DNA from: Candidatus Omnitrophota bacterium
Lineage (GTDB): Bacteria > Omnitrophota > Gorgyraeia > Zapsychrales > Zapsychraceae
NCBI GenBank assembly: GCA_035292445.1
Contig: DATDQB010000001.1
Span: 71,530 to 135,529, forward strand
Length of the DNA: 64,000 nucleotides
Direction: 5' to 3'
Position numbers and translations under genes: made by a program. Position 1 is the stretch's first letter. Each line of letters starts with the position of its first letter. Positions 36,488-45,959 of this stretch are shown piece by piece. Below the pieces are notes generated by a model. It was not told the DNA's origin and ran no database searches. It worked only from the letters and a program-made list of their open reading frames with translations.

Positions 36488-38686
36488 TTGACAAGGCCCG
36501 ACAATTGTGTTAGAAAAACCGTTATGCTATTGGAGAAAATCTTAAACGACCACCGTTTTCCAGCCGATTTTATCAATCAATTCACCTCCAGCGGGATCAC
36601 AACACTCTACCCTCCCCAAGCGGAAGCCATCCAAAAAGGCGTCCTGGAAGGCAAGCATCTTTTGATGTCGGTGCCGACCGCCGCCGGCAAGACCCTAGTG
36701 GCCGAAGTGTGCATGGCAAACGCCATTTTTAACCATGGCGGACGCTGTTTATACATCGCGCCTTTGAAGGCCCTAGCCAGCGAGAAATACAACGAATTCA
36801 TGAAAAAATTCTCCCCCTTAGGAGTAGAGGTCGCCCTCGCCATCGGCGACGCGGACTCCCCCGTCAAAAGGTTGAAATCGTTCCAGATCCTGGTGGCGAC
36901 AGCGGAAAAAGTGGATTCACTGCTTCGTACCAGGGCCAAAACCATGATCGGCTCGTTAACGACCGTCATCCTGGATGAGATCCATTTTATCAACGATGGC
37001 AACCGCGGGCCAACGATGGAGATCCTGGCTGCCCGCATCAAACAGCTTAACCCAAAGACACAGATCCTCGCCCTAAGCGCCACCGTCAGTAATGCCCGCG
37101 AGATGGCCGATTGGCTTAAGGCGCAACTGGTCGTAAGCTCCTGGCGGCCCATCCCGCTTAAAGAAGGGATCTTTTATAACGACCGGATCGTTTTCGAGCA
37201 TGACGCGACCCGCGTTATTAGTGAAGAAGCTTCCGAGGACGTGAATAAACTGACCCTTGATACATTAAGGGGACGGGGCCAGGTCCTCATTTTCGTCAAC
37301 TCGCGCCGCTCCGCCCAGGCCGTGAGCCGGCAGGTCAGCAAAGATGTCGCCAAGATATTGACGCCGGAGGAACAGAAAAGATTGAAAGAGTTATCGAAAA
37401 AGATCCTGGGCAACGAATCCGATGCCACCAAAATATGCAAAACCCTGGCGGGGGTTATCCATCATGGCGTTGCTTTCCATCATGCCGGGCTAAAACCGCA
37501 CCAGCGCGAGCTGGTCGAGGAGAATTTCAAGGGTAATCTGATCAAGGTCATCAGCTGCACCCCGACCTTGGCGGCCGGCGTCAATCTTCCGGCCCGGCGG
37601 GCGATCATCCGCGACTACAAGCGCTATGAAAGCGGGATCGGCATGGCCTATATCCCCACCGCCGAATACAAACAATGCGCGGGGCGCGCGGGGCGGCCGC
37701 AGTACGATGAATACGGAGAGGCGATCTTGATCGCCAAGACTTCGAACGAGGCCTCCACCTTGTTCGAGCGATACATCAAGGCCGCTCCCGAACCGATCCT
37801 TTCTAAATTAGGGAACGAAGCGGCGCTGCGCATCCACGTGTTGGCCTCCGTCGCCGGCGGCTACATCCATGATACCAACGGCATGTTTGACTTTATCAAA
37901 CACACTTTCTTATACCACCAGAATCAAAGCAGCCATTTAATGGAGCTGATCGGTGATATCTTTGAATTCCTTCAGCGCGAAAAATTCATCGAACAAAGCG
38001 GAACCCGCTACTTTGCCACCCCCTTCGGCGCCCTCACCAGCAGGCTTTATATCGATCCGATGACCAGTATCACCATCCGGGAGGCTCTGAATAAAATTCC
38101 GGCCGACGCAACGCTTTCGGCCGTCGGCATGCTGCACGCGCTTACTTGCAGCCCCGATGGGCTCCATTTAAATGTCGGAAAGAATGATTCGGAAGAATTG
38201 GAGAGGTTTGCCGGACGTTTTGAGGACGAATTTATCCTGACGCCCCATAACTGGCATGGCCTGGATGATTACTTTGAATATTTATCCACCGTCAAAACGA
38301 CCTCCATGCTGTATCAATGGATCGAAGAAGAAAAAGAAGAAATGATCTGCGACAAATTCGGCATCGGCCCCGGCGATGTATTCCGGCACATCGAATCGAC
38401 CCAATGGCTGCTCTATGCTTCAACCTCCATCGCCGATTACTTGAATAAGCGAAGGCTGACATTTCAACTGGAAAATCTAAGAAGCCGCGTGCGCTACGGC
38501 ATTAAGGAAGAACTGCTCGAGCTGACCAAGCTCAAAGGGGTGGGCCGCATCAGGGCAAGAAACCTATTTGAAAAGGGTTTCCGTAGATTAAGCGATTTTC
38601 AATCCACCAATGCCGAAGAACTGGGGCAGATCAAACAAATCGGCAAACAGCTCGCCAAGGATATCTTAGTCCAAACCGGCCGCTGA
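36488..38686 (+). CDS. Hel308/Ski2-like superfamily-2 DNA helicase (archaeal Hel308/Hjm-type); probable start at ATG 36524
   Basis: Motif I is VPTAAGKT, motif II is DEIH and motif VI is QCAGRAGR. The C-terminal winged-helix/ratchet region ends in a helix-hairpin-helix (LKGVGRIRARNLFEKGF). Length ~720 aa. Confidence 0.8.
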   Translation: MTRPDNCVRKTVMLLEKILNDHRFPADFINQFTSSGITTLYPPQAEAIQKGVLEGKHLLMSVPTAAGKTLVAEVCMANAIFNHGGRCLYIAPLKALASEKYNEFMKKFSPLGVEVALAIGDADSPVKRLKSFQILVATAEKVDSLLRTRAKTMIGSLTTVILDEIHFINDGNRGPTMEILAARIKQLNPKTQILALSATVSNAREMADWLKAQLVVSSWRPIPLKEGIFYNDRIVFEHDATRVISEEASEDVNKLTLDTLRGRGQVLIFVNSRRSAQAVSRQVSKDVAKILTPEEQKRLKELSKKILGNESDATKICKTLAGVIHHGVAFHHAGLKPHQRELVEENFKGNLIKVISCTPTLAAGVNLPARRAIIRDYKRYESGIGMAYIPTAEYKQCAGRAGRPQYDEYGEAILIAKTSNEASTLFERYIKAAPEPILSKLGNEAALRIHVLASVAGGYIHDTNGMFDFIKHTFLYHQNQSSHLMELIGDIFEFLQREKFIEQSGTRYFATPFGALTSRLYIDPMTSITIREALNKIPADATLSAVGMLHALTCSPDGLHLNVGKNDSEELERFAGRFEDEFILTPHNWHGLDDYFEYLSTVKTTSMLYQWIEEEKEEMICDKFGIGPGDVFRHIESTQWLLYASTSIADYLNKRRLTFQLENLRSRVRYGIKEELLELTKLKGVGRIRARNLFEKGFRRLSDFQSTNAEELGQIKQIGKQLAKDILVQTGR

Positions 38687-38691
38687 ATCCA

Positions 38692-39423
38692 TTAAAGAAA
38701 CCTCGCCGACTTTAACCGCCGCTCCAAATGATAGACCAAAAAATTATTCAGGATATATTTTAATTCCCGCCGGGTCGTCTTGATCAATCCTAAGCGCAGC
38801 GCCTTGGCCCAATCGTTTTGCTCCACATGCAAGATGGATGAAACGGTGCCTTTCGAGATCATGATCAAGGAAGTTTCGCGCGTCGGGCAATCGGGGCAAA
38901 TGAGCCCGCCGAGCGCCATACTGAAACGCGAGCGGCCGTGGATCTTCTTGGTGCAGCTCACGCACGAGTCTAAATGGGGGCTAAACCCCGACAAATGAAG
39001 GATCTTGACCTGGAAAATGAAGATCAACTTGTCAATATCCTCAATACTTTGAAGGGAGTGCAAAAAATGCATCAGGGTCCCGTACACCATTTCATTCTTT
39101 TCTTCCGCCGGCATAATGGCGTCGATCAGCTCGAGTGCGTAATTGGCCGCCATGTTGCGCTTATAATCCTGGCGGATCGGATAAAAAAACTGTGTCAGAT
39201 CGCACTGGCTGATAAGGTGGACGTCGGAGCGGCGATACTGATAAAACACGATCTCATTGACCGAGAACTTATCAACGCTGCTGCCGAATTTTTTGTGGTC
39301 TTTGCGGATGCCCTTAAGAACACCCGTCACTTTGCCGTGGGTTTTGGTGAAGAAAACGCTCAGGCGGCTGGTTTCACGAAGGTCTCTTGATTTTAAAACG
39401 ATGGCCTCTGTCTTGACAATCAT
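38692..39423 (-). CDS. recO: DNA repair protein RecO
   Basis: An OB-fold N-terminus (MIVKTEAIVLKSRDLRETS) and a C-terminal zinc finger (CVSC...CPDC). Confidence 0.85.
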   Translation of the reverse strand: MIVKTEAIVLKSRDLRETSRLSVFFTKTHGKVTGVLKGIRKDHKKFGSSVDKFSVNEIVFYQYRRSDVHLISQCDLTQFFYPIRQDYKRNMAANYALELIDAIMPAEEKNEMVYGTLMHFLHSLQSIEDIDKLIFIFQVKILHLSGFSPHLDSCVSCTKKIHGRSRFSMALGGLICPDCPTRETSLIMISKGTVSSILHVEQNDWAKALRLGLIKTTRRELKYILNNFLVYHLERRLKSARFL

Positions 39424-39866
39424 TTCTTCATCACAATCGATGGGATCTTGGGCCCGATGAACGCCATCAACTTCTTTTCCTCCCGGCGCATTCTCACGAT
39501 ATCTTTCTTTCTATGGTCATCGTATCCCAACAGATGAAGGATCCCGTGGACCAGATAAAGCGCCAATTCCTGGGAAACGCCGGTGCCGTACGTTTTGGCG
39601 TTGGCGGATGCCGCATCGACAGAAATGATCACATCGCCCGCCAGACATTTTCTGCTCGTGCCCAAATCGAAGGCCAACACATCGGTCGTGTAGGTTCTCT
39701 TTAGGAATTTGCGGTTTAAAGCCCTGATTTTCGTAGCCGTGACAAAAACAACGGTGAGCGTCGCTTGAGCGATACCCTTACGACGAATGATTGTTCTTGC
39801 GATCTGACGGATCTTGGGAAGATTGAGGCGTATTTTCTTTTGATAGTTTTCGGCTTGGACTGCCAT
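39420..39866 (-). CDS. ybeY: Endoribonuclease YbeY (rRNA maturation)
   Basis: The zinc-binding motif HGILHLLGYDH is present. Confidence 0.9.
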   Translation of the reverse strand: MAVQAENYQKKIRLNLPKIRQIARTIIRRKGIAQATLTVVFVTATKIRALNRKFLKRTYTTDVLAFDLGTSRKCLAGDVIISVDAASANAKTYGTGVSQELALYLVHGILHLLGYDDHRKKDIVRMRREEKKLMAFIGPKIPSIVMKK

Positions 39867-41238
39867 TCTTTTTCTCGGGATATTTGACGCGCGTGTGGTA
39901 CATCGCGCTTAGAATACGGATGAAGGTTTGGGATATTTTCTCGATCTCTTTCAAAGTCAACGGGCATTCATCCAGCTGGCCGTCGATAAACTTGTTATTG
40001 ATGACTTTCTTGACCGTTTCCTCAACGTTCTGGGGGGTGGGATCATCCAGCGCGCGTGTGGCTCCTTCCACGGAATCCGCCATTAACGTAATCGCCGTTT
40101 CCCTCGTCTGAGGCTTGGGCCCGGGATAGCGGTAATCGTTCTCATCGATGGCCCCTCCCTGCTCGGCGCTTTCAACCGCCCGCTGATAGAAAAAATGCAT
40201 GAGGCTCGTGCCGTGATGCTGCGGGATAAAATCAATGATGACCTGGTTCAGTTTATATTTTTTGGCCAGGTCAATGCCTTCTTTAACGTGGTTCAACAAG
40301 ACCAACCGGCTCATGGACGGCTCGATGTTGTCATGCTTGTTGGCGCCCATCATCTGGTTTTCGGTAAAATATTCCGGTTTGGTCATCTTGCCGATATCAT
40401 GATAATATGCCCCCACCCTCGTCAACAGCGCATCCGCTCCGATAGCATTCGCCGCCGTCTCCGCCAAATTACTGACGACCAAACTGTGGTGGTACGTGCC
40501 CGGCGCTTCCATCACCATGCGCTTTAACAAAGGCTGGTTGAAATCGGAAAGCTCCAGCAGCGTAAAATTCGATACCGCATCAAACATGTATTCAAAAACC
40601 TTGAGCGTCCCTATGACGAAAAAAGAACAAATGAGCCCGTTAGCCGCCAGAGGGTAAAGGTGCGCCATCGTAAAATCCCTGTTAAAAAAAAATTTATAAT
40701 CAGGGAATATGAGCGTCAGGCAAACCAAATTCGCCACGCTGACAAATATCCCCGCGACCATGACCTTACCGCGCGTGCGGGCATCCTCAATGGAATAAGC
40801 CGCCACCAGGCTGCCCACGAAAAAAGTGACCATCATGCCGAAATCCCCTTTTAAGATGAGGCTCACCAAAAGGCTTGAGGAAAATGCCATCACAAACGAA
40901 AGCCACAGATCTTTGAACAAAAGGACCGTCAGCATGGAAATGCCGGCCACGGGAATATAATAATAGGGCAGCGTCGTATATGTTTTCAACATATGCGCCG
41001 TGAAAACGACCAACGTCAACAACAGCCCCAGGTTCAAATACATCCGTAAACTGGCCTTTCTCACAAAATACAAATGAAGCCCGATCAACACCAAAACGAC
41101 CGGGATCATCAAAGGGTAATTGGCCAGCGTGCAAAATATAAAAAGCACCAACAGGATCCCGGCAGGCGCCAGGAAATCTATCCATGTTCGAATGTCTTTT
41201 TTATTGCTTTCTTTCCCCATCGTGTTCATACGCCTCAA
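39778..41238 (-). CDS. 7TM-HD membrane phosphohydrolase (PgpH/YqfF-like)
   Basis: Seven predicted TM helices are followed by an HD domain (HHSLVVSNLAETAA...YYHDIGK). It sits between phoH and ybeY as in the Bacillus yqfF arrangement. It overlaps ybeY by 89 nt. Confidence 0.8.
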   Translation of the reverse strand: MRRMNTMGKESNKKDIRTWIDFLAPAGILLVLFIFCTLANYPLMIPVVLVLIGLHLYFVRKASLRMYLNLGLLLTLVVFTAHMLKTYTTLPYYYIPVAGISMLTVLLFKDLWLSFVMAFSSSLLVSLILKGDFGMMVTFFVGSLVAAYSIEDARTRGKVMVAGIFVSVANLVCLTLIFPDYKFFFNRDFTMAHLYPLAANGLICSFFVIGTLKVFEYMFDAVSNFTLLELSDFNQPLLKRMVMEAPGTYHHSLVVSNLAETAANAIGADALLTRVGAYYHDIGKMTKPEYFTENQMMGANKHDNIEPSMSRLVLLNHVKEGIDLAKKYKLNQVIIDFIPQHHGTSLMHFFYQRAVESAEQGGAIDENDYRYPGPKPQTRETAITLMADSVEGATRALDDPTPQNVEETVKKVINNKFIDGQLDECPLTLKEIEKISQTFIRILSAMYHTRVKYPEKKNGSPSRKLSKENTPQSSQDPSDRKNNHSS

Positions 41239-42157
41239 TAATCCGTTGGACCAACTCGTGACGGACCACGTCCTCGCCCGTCAACGTAACAAATTTGATG
41301 CCTTCGATGTCTTTCAAAACCCGCTGGCAATCCGCCAGGCCGTTCATCGTGCCCTTGGGCAGATCGCTTTGCGTCAAATCCCCGGTAATGACCGTCTTGG
41401 AATCGAAGCCCAAGCGCGTTAAAAACATCTTCATCTGATAAGGGGTGCTGTTCTGCGCCTCATCCAGCACGACAAAAGCGTCGTTCAACGTACGCCCGCG
41501 CATAAAGGCCAGTGGCGCGACCTCAATGATGCCTTGTTCGCTTAACTCCTCGACCCTCTCCGCCTCCATCATATCGTAAAGCGCATCATAGAGCGGCCGC
41601 AGATACGGCAAAACTTTTTCCACCAGATCGCCCGGTAAAAATCCGAGATTCTCCCCCGCTTCGATCGCCGGGCGGGTCAAAATGATCCGGCGCACAATGC
41701 CTTTTTTCAACGCGTTGACGGCCATCGCCATCGCCAAATACGTCTTGCCCGTACCGGCGGGGCCGACCCCAAAAACGATATCGTTCTTCTTAATGGCCTC
41801 AACGTATTCGATCTGTCCCTTCGTTTTAGGCGTGACCAACACACCCTTGACCGAAACCTCGATCTTCTCCTTGGCCAGCTGCTTGAAATCGACCCCTTCT
41901 TCCGGCTTGGTCAATTTGAGCGCATAAGTAATGTCCCTGGTCTTGATCTCCGACCCGTTGTTGAGAATATCCAGAAGATAATCGAACAAACCGCAGGCCT
42001 TATCGACCTGGGAGCGATCCCCCGAGATCTTAAGGCCCTCGCTGACCCGGATGATCTTGACCAATAGCTCTTTCTGGATGAGTTTAATGTTCTGGTCGTA
42101 TTTCCCAAAAAGCGACTGAAGGTCTTTATTGTTATCTAAACGGATGGTACGGTCCAT
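41201..42157 (-). CDS. phoH: PhoH-like ATPase (YbeZ)
   Basis: Walker A motif GVGPAGTGKTYLAMAMAV. Length 318 aa. Confidence 0.9.
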   Translation of the reverse strand: MDRTIRLDNNKDLQSLFGKYDQNIKLIQKELLVKIIRVSEGLKISGDRSQVDKACGLFDYLLDILNNGSEIKTRDITYALKLTKPEEGVDFKQLAKEKIEVSVKGVLVTPKTKGQIEYVEAIKKNDIVFGVGPAGTGKTYLAMAMAVNALKKGIVRRIILTRPAIEAGENLGFLPGDLVEKVLPYLRPLYDALYDMMEAERVEELSEQGIIEVAPLAFMRGRTLNDAFVVLDEAQNSTPYQMKMFLTRLGFDSKTVITGDLTQSDLPKGTMNGLADCQRVLKDIEGIKFVTLTGEDVVRHELVQRIIEAYEHDGERKQ

Positions 42158-42182
42158 AGTTAACAGACTAACACCCTGATGA

Positions 42183-42758
42183 TTATTCCTTGGGTATCCT
42201 GATAACGATACCCGGCTTGATAAAATTGGGGTTGGGGATCAGGTCTTTGTTGGCTTCATAAATCTTCGGCCATTTGCTATGGGTGTTATAGAATTTCATA
42301 GAAATCTTCTGGAGCGTGTCGTCTTTCTCGACTTTATACTCCGTATACTCACCTGCTGCGGCGGGCACTGACGGTTGGGTGGGCGTGTCTTTCAGGCCGG
42401 ATAGGTCCAAAGTTCTTTGTTGGGGCTGGGTTTTTTGTGTCGGCTCATTCGAGCCCGGGAAAGATTCGGATGCCGTCGTGCTGGAGGATTTCTCCTCAAG
42501 CAGTTTATCCGCTTCCTCGAACGGGTCCGCTTCCTTGCTGAATTCCAGATAATACATCTTTCTGGTCGGCTTGCGTTCTGGGTCTTCGGCCATAGGGGCA
42601 TTTTCCCAATTGCCTACGGCTCCCTGAATATCCTGGTCGACCCTGGGCTTATCCTGCATATATCCCCGGACATCGATCTTCTTCACCGTTGAACATCCCG
42701 TCATAAAAACGAACATGGCAACAACAACCATGCCTTTGATAAGTCCTTTAGGCATCAT
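42183..42758 (-). CDS. LysM-domain lipoprotein
   Basis: A signal peptide with lipobox (FMTGCST) is followed by a Pro/Thr/Glu-rich linker. A C-terminal LysM domain follows (YKVEKDDTLQKIS...GIVIRIP). Confidence 0.7.
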   Translation of the reverse strand: MMPKGLIKGMVVVAMFVFMTGCSTVKKIDVRGYMQDKPRVDQDIQGAVGNWENAPMAEDPERKPTRKMYYLEFSKEADPFEEADKLLEEKSSSTTASESFPGSNEPTQKTQPQQRTLDLSGLKDTPTQPSVPAAAGEYTEYKVEKDDTLQKISMKFYNTHSKWPKIYEANKDLIPNPNFIKPGIVIRIPKE

Positions 42759-44148
42759 CGCCTCCTTTTTTTAATATCATTAATCCCAATTCCTGTAATT
42801 GTTTTTTCTCGACAGTAGCCGGGGCATCGCTCAACAGACAGCTTCCCTTTTGCGTTTTGGGAAAAGCGATCGTGTCCCGGATTGAATCCAGCCCCATCAA
42901 AATGGCCACCAGACGATCGATGCCGTAGGCGACCCCCGCGTGCGGCGGCGCACCGTACTCAAAAGCGTTCAATAAAAAACCGAAACGCATCTGAGCCTGG
43001 CTTTCGTCCAGCCCTATTATATCAAATATTTTCTTTTGCATATCCTTTTTATGGATACGCACCGAACCGCTGCCAAGCTCGTTGCCATTAAGGATCAGAT
43101 CGTACGAGCGAGCCCTGATTTTACCATATTCTTTACTTTCAAGGTATTTTAAATCTTCCTCTTTAACAGAGGTGAAGGGATGATGTTCGCTTTCCCAGCG
43201 CTTCTCTTCCTTGTTATATTTGAACATCGGAAAATCAACGATCCACGTAAGAGAAAACTCTTCCCCCGGCTTTCGCAGATCCGGCTTGTCACTTTTATAT
43301 TGGGACATCGCCTCCTGGTGGGTCATGCGCGGGAAAGGCGTTTTAATATCGACGCCCTTGATCTGCTTGAATACCTCTTTGAACAATTTTTCGGTAACGG
43401 CAAACACGTCTTCTTCGCTCACAAAAGACATTTCCATGTCCAGCTGCGTAAACTCCGGCTGGCGATCCGCCCGCAGATCCTCATCGCGGAAACATTTGAC
43501 GATCTGGTAATATTTGTCAAAGCCGCTGACCATCAACAATTGCTTGAAAAGTTGCGGTGATTGCGGGAGTGCAAAAAATTTCCCCAGATTGAGCCGCGCC
43601 GGCACCAGGAAATCACGCGCCCCTTCGGGGGTGGACTTGGTCAACACGGGCGTTTCAACGCCTAAAAACCCCTCCGAATCCAGCAGCCGATGGATGATCT
43701 GGCATAATTTGTGGCGGATCTGAAAAGCCTCGGCCGTTTTGCGCCGGCGCAGATCGAGATAACGGTAGGTTAAACGCAAATCCTCTGCCACCTCTACATT
43801 ATCATCGATCTCAAACACGGGGACTTTGCTGGGGTTTAAAATTTCCAATTTTTCCGCGCAGACTTCGACTTCGCCGGTCGGCTCATGGGGATTAACGGTC
43901 TTGGCCGATCGCGGGGCGACTTTCCCCGTCACCCGGATCACAAACTCCGGCCCCAATTTCTGCGCCGTATCATGGGCCTCTTTGCTCACCGATGGGACGA
44001 AAACGACTTGGGTAATTCCGTAGCGGTCGCGGATGTCAATAAAGATGAGCTTCCCATGATCGCGCCGGGCGTGCACCCAGCCGCAAAGGGTGGCTTCTTT
44101 ATTGGCTTGTTCTTTCCTAAGCTCTCCGCAGGTGTGCGTTCGCAGCAT
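42748..44148 (-). CDS. aspS: Aspartate--tRNA ligase, bacterial-type but lacking the GAD insertion domain (466 aa)
   Basis: MLRTHTCGELR...LCGWVHARRDHGKLIFIDIRDRYG is the bacterial AspRS N-terminus. Class II motifs are present. Catalytic motif 2 runs directly into ...DLRKPGEEFSLTWIVDFPMF with no ~130-aa GAD domain. Confidence 0.85.
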   Translation of the reverse strand: MLRTHTCGELRKEQANKEATLCGWVHARRDHGKLIFIDIRDRYGITQVVFVPSVSKEAHDTAQKLGPEFVIRVTGKVAPRSAKTVNPHEPTGEVEVCAEKLEILNPSKVPVFEIDDNVEVAEDLRLTYRYLDLRRRKTAEAFQIRHKLCQIIHRLLDSEGFLGVETPVLTKSTPEGARDFLVPARLNLGKFFALPQSPQLFKQLLMVSGFDKYYQIVKCFRDEDLRADRQPEFTQLDMEMSFVSEEDVFAVTEKLFKEVFKQIKGVDIKTPFPRMTHQEAMSQYKSDKPDLRKPGEEFSLTWIVDFPMFKYNKEEKRWESEHHPFTSVKEEDLKYLESKEYGKIRARSYDLILNGNELGSGSVRIHKKDMQKKIFDIIGLDESQAQMRFGFLLNAFEYGAPPHAGVAYGIDRLVAILMGLDSIRDTIAFPKTQKGSCLLSDAPATVEKKQLQELGLMILKKGGDDA

Positions 44149-44150
44149 GG

Positions 44151-45431
44151 TTATGCCCCTAATACATTTTTTATGATGTCGGTCGCCTGGTTGAATTCAA
44201 CGAGCTGGTCTTCTCTCGTTTTCATGTTCTTTAACCTGACCTTCCCGATCTTTTCTTCCTCTTCGCCGATAACGATGGTAAAGACACAATCGGTCTTGGC
44301 CGCTTTCCCTATCATATCGCCTATATTTTTCGGGGTCGCGCTTTGATAGCTCATATCGCTGGAAATATTTTTGCTGCGCAAAATGTGTAAATATTGGAAT
44401 ACCTGGCTCAACGAAACGTTACCCAAGGGGATGATAAAAACTTCGGGGCCGCCTCTTTTTTCAGGCTGGGCCTTGGATTGGGAAAGCATGACCCTTTCGA
44501 TACCGAGTGCAAAACCGATTGCCGGGACATCCGCACCTCCCAGCTGAGCGACCAAATGATTATACCGGCCCCCGGCGCAAATGGCGTCCTGGCTGCCGAG
44601 CTGAGGGTTGGTGACCTCAAAAACCGTGTGCGTGTAATAATCGAGCCCGCGCACCAGCCGCGCATCCTGCGTGCATTCGATATCAAGGCTTGCCAGAGCG
44701 TCCAAAACGGTTTTGTAATGGCCCATGCTTTCCTTCGACAAATACGAATTGTCCAGCTGAAGTTGGGCAACGACCTTTTTGCAGGGCTCATTCTTGCAAT
44801 CCAGAATGCGAAAAACGTTCCGATCCAGCCTGTCCTTGCAATCGTCGCAAAGGGAAGATTTCTTAGGCTTCAACTTCTCCCTCAAAAGCTTTGATAGATT
44901 TTCTTTGTCTTTCGGCTCCCCGAGGCTGTTGATCTTCAATACCGAACCTTCCACGCCAAAACTTTTAAGCAGCTCCAGGCAAAGTACAATTGTTTCGACA
45001 TCCAAAAAAGGGTGGTTGGCTTTTGGCCCGATGATCTCCGCACCGATCTGATGGAACTGGCGCAGGCGCCCCTTTTGTGGGCGTTCTCCACGGAACATCG
45101 GCCCCACATAATAAAGCTTGGTCAGTCCTTCTTTCCTGTCAAAACTGTTTTCGATATAAGAGCGGACGATCGAGGCCGTCCCTTCCGGGCGCAAGGCGTA
45201 GCCTTCTTCTTTGGAACTTTCCAGTTCCAGCAATTGCTTTTTGACCACATCACTGGTTTGCCCAAGAGAGCGTTTGAAAAGACGGGATTCCTCGAAAATA
45301 GGTGTGCGGATCTCCTGATAATTATAAACGCTGAAAACCTGGCGGGCTTTTTGTTCGATGGCTTGCCAGCGCTTGGCTTCTTCTGGCAGAATATCGGCAG
45401 TGCCTCTGGGGACTGATAGCTTCTCGGCCAT
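44151..45431 (-). CDS. hisS: Histidine--tRNA ligase
   Basis: VPRGTADILPEE...IRTPIFE is present with class II motifs and a C-terminal anticodon-binding domain. Confidence 0.9.
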   Translation of the reverse strand: MAEKLSVPRGTADILPEEAKRWQAIEQKARQVFSVYNYQEIRTPIFEESRLFKRSLGQTSDVVKKQLLELESSKEEGYALRPEGTASIVRSYIENSFDRKEGLTKLYYVGPMFRGERPQKGRLRQFHQIGAEIIGPKANHPFLDVETIVLCLELLKSFGVEGSVLKINSLGEPKDKENLSKLLREKLKPKKSSLCDDCKDRLDRNVFRILDCKNEPCKKVVAQLQLDNSYLSKESMGHYKTVLDALASLDIECTQDARLVRGLDYYTHTVFEVTNPQLGSQDAICAGGRYNHLVAQLGGADVPAIGFALGIERVMLSQSKAQPEKRGGPEVFIIPLGNVSLSQVFQYLHILRSKNISSDMSYQSATPKNIGDMIGKAAKTDCVFTIVIGEEEEKIGKVRLKNMKTREDQLVEFNQATDIIKNVLGA

Positions 45432-45487
45432 ATACTAATAGACCTTAAAAGGCGCTTGGTTTGATCTACGCCTTACTCTCAAATTTT

Positions 45488-45760
45488 TTACCTAATTTTA
45501 TGCTTCATCTCAAGACCGGGCTTGAATATGACGACCTTGCGGGGCGGGACCGGAACGCTTTCGCCGGTTCTGGGATTGCGTCCAAACCGAGCTTTTCTTT
45601 CCTTGATCTTGAATACGCCAAAATTTCTCAATTCGACCTTCTCGTTACGGACCAATGATTCCACAATGACATCAAAGGTCTTTTGGACAATTTTTTTGAC
45701 GTCAACTTGTTTAATTCCAGTCATATCCGTAATCCGTAACACTATGTCTTTCTTGGTCAT
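45488..45760 (-). CDS. hup: HU/IHF-family nucleoid DNA-binding protein
   Basis: MTKKDIV..., a beta-arm (RNPRTGESVPVPPRKVV) and a strong SD (AGGAGGTGA). Confidence 0.9.
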   Translation of the reverse strand: MTKKDIVLRITDMTGIKQVDVKKIVQKTFDVIVESLVRNEKVELRNFGVFKIKERKARFGRNPRTGESVPVPPRKVVIFKPGLEMKHKIR

Positions 45761-45831
45761 GCTGTCACCTCCTGAATTCCCCTTCTAACATGTATCATAA
45801 TTGACAAAATAAAACTGATAATATGGTAAGT

Positions 45832-45860
45832 ATAGTAACAACAAGGATTTATAGTGTCAA
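45832..45860 (-). promoter_or_regulatory. Sigma-70-type promoter for hup: TTGACA-N17-TACTAT
   Basis: On the minus strand, TTGACA (45855-45860) and TACTAT (45832-45837) are separated by 17 nt, about 70 nt upstream of the hup start. Confidence 0.45.
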
Positions 45861-45959
45861 GAAATTATTTTGACGGCTGGCAGGACTTCGAGGCGGGATA
45901 AAATTTCAACAAACCTTGAAAACAAAAGAGTTACGAATGGAAAGATAAGTATTGGAAAG

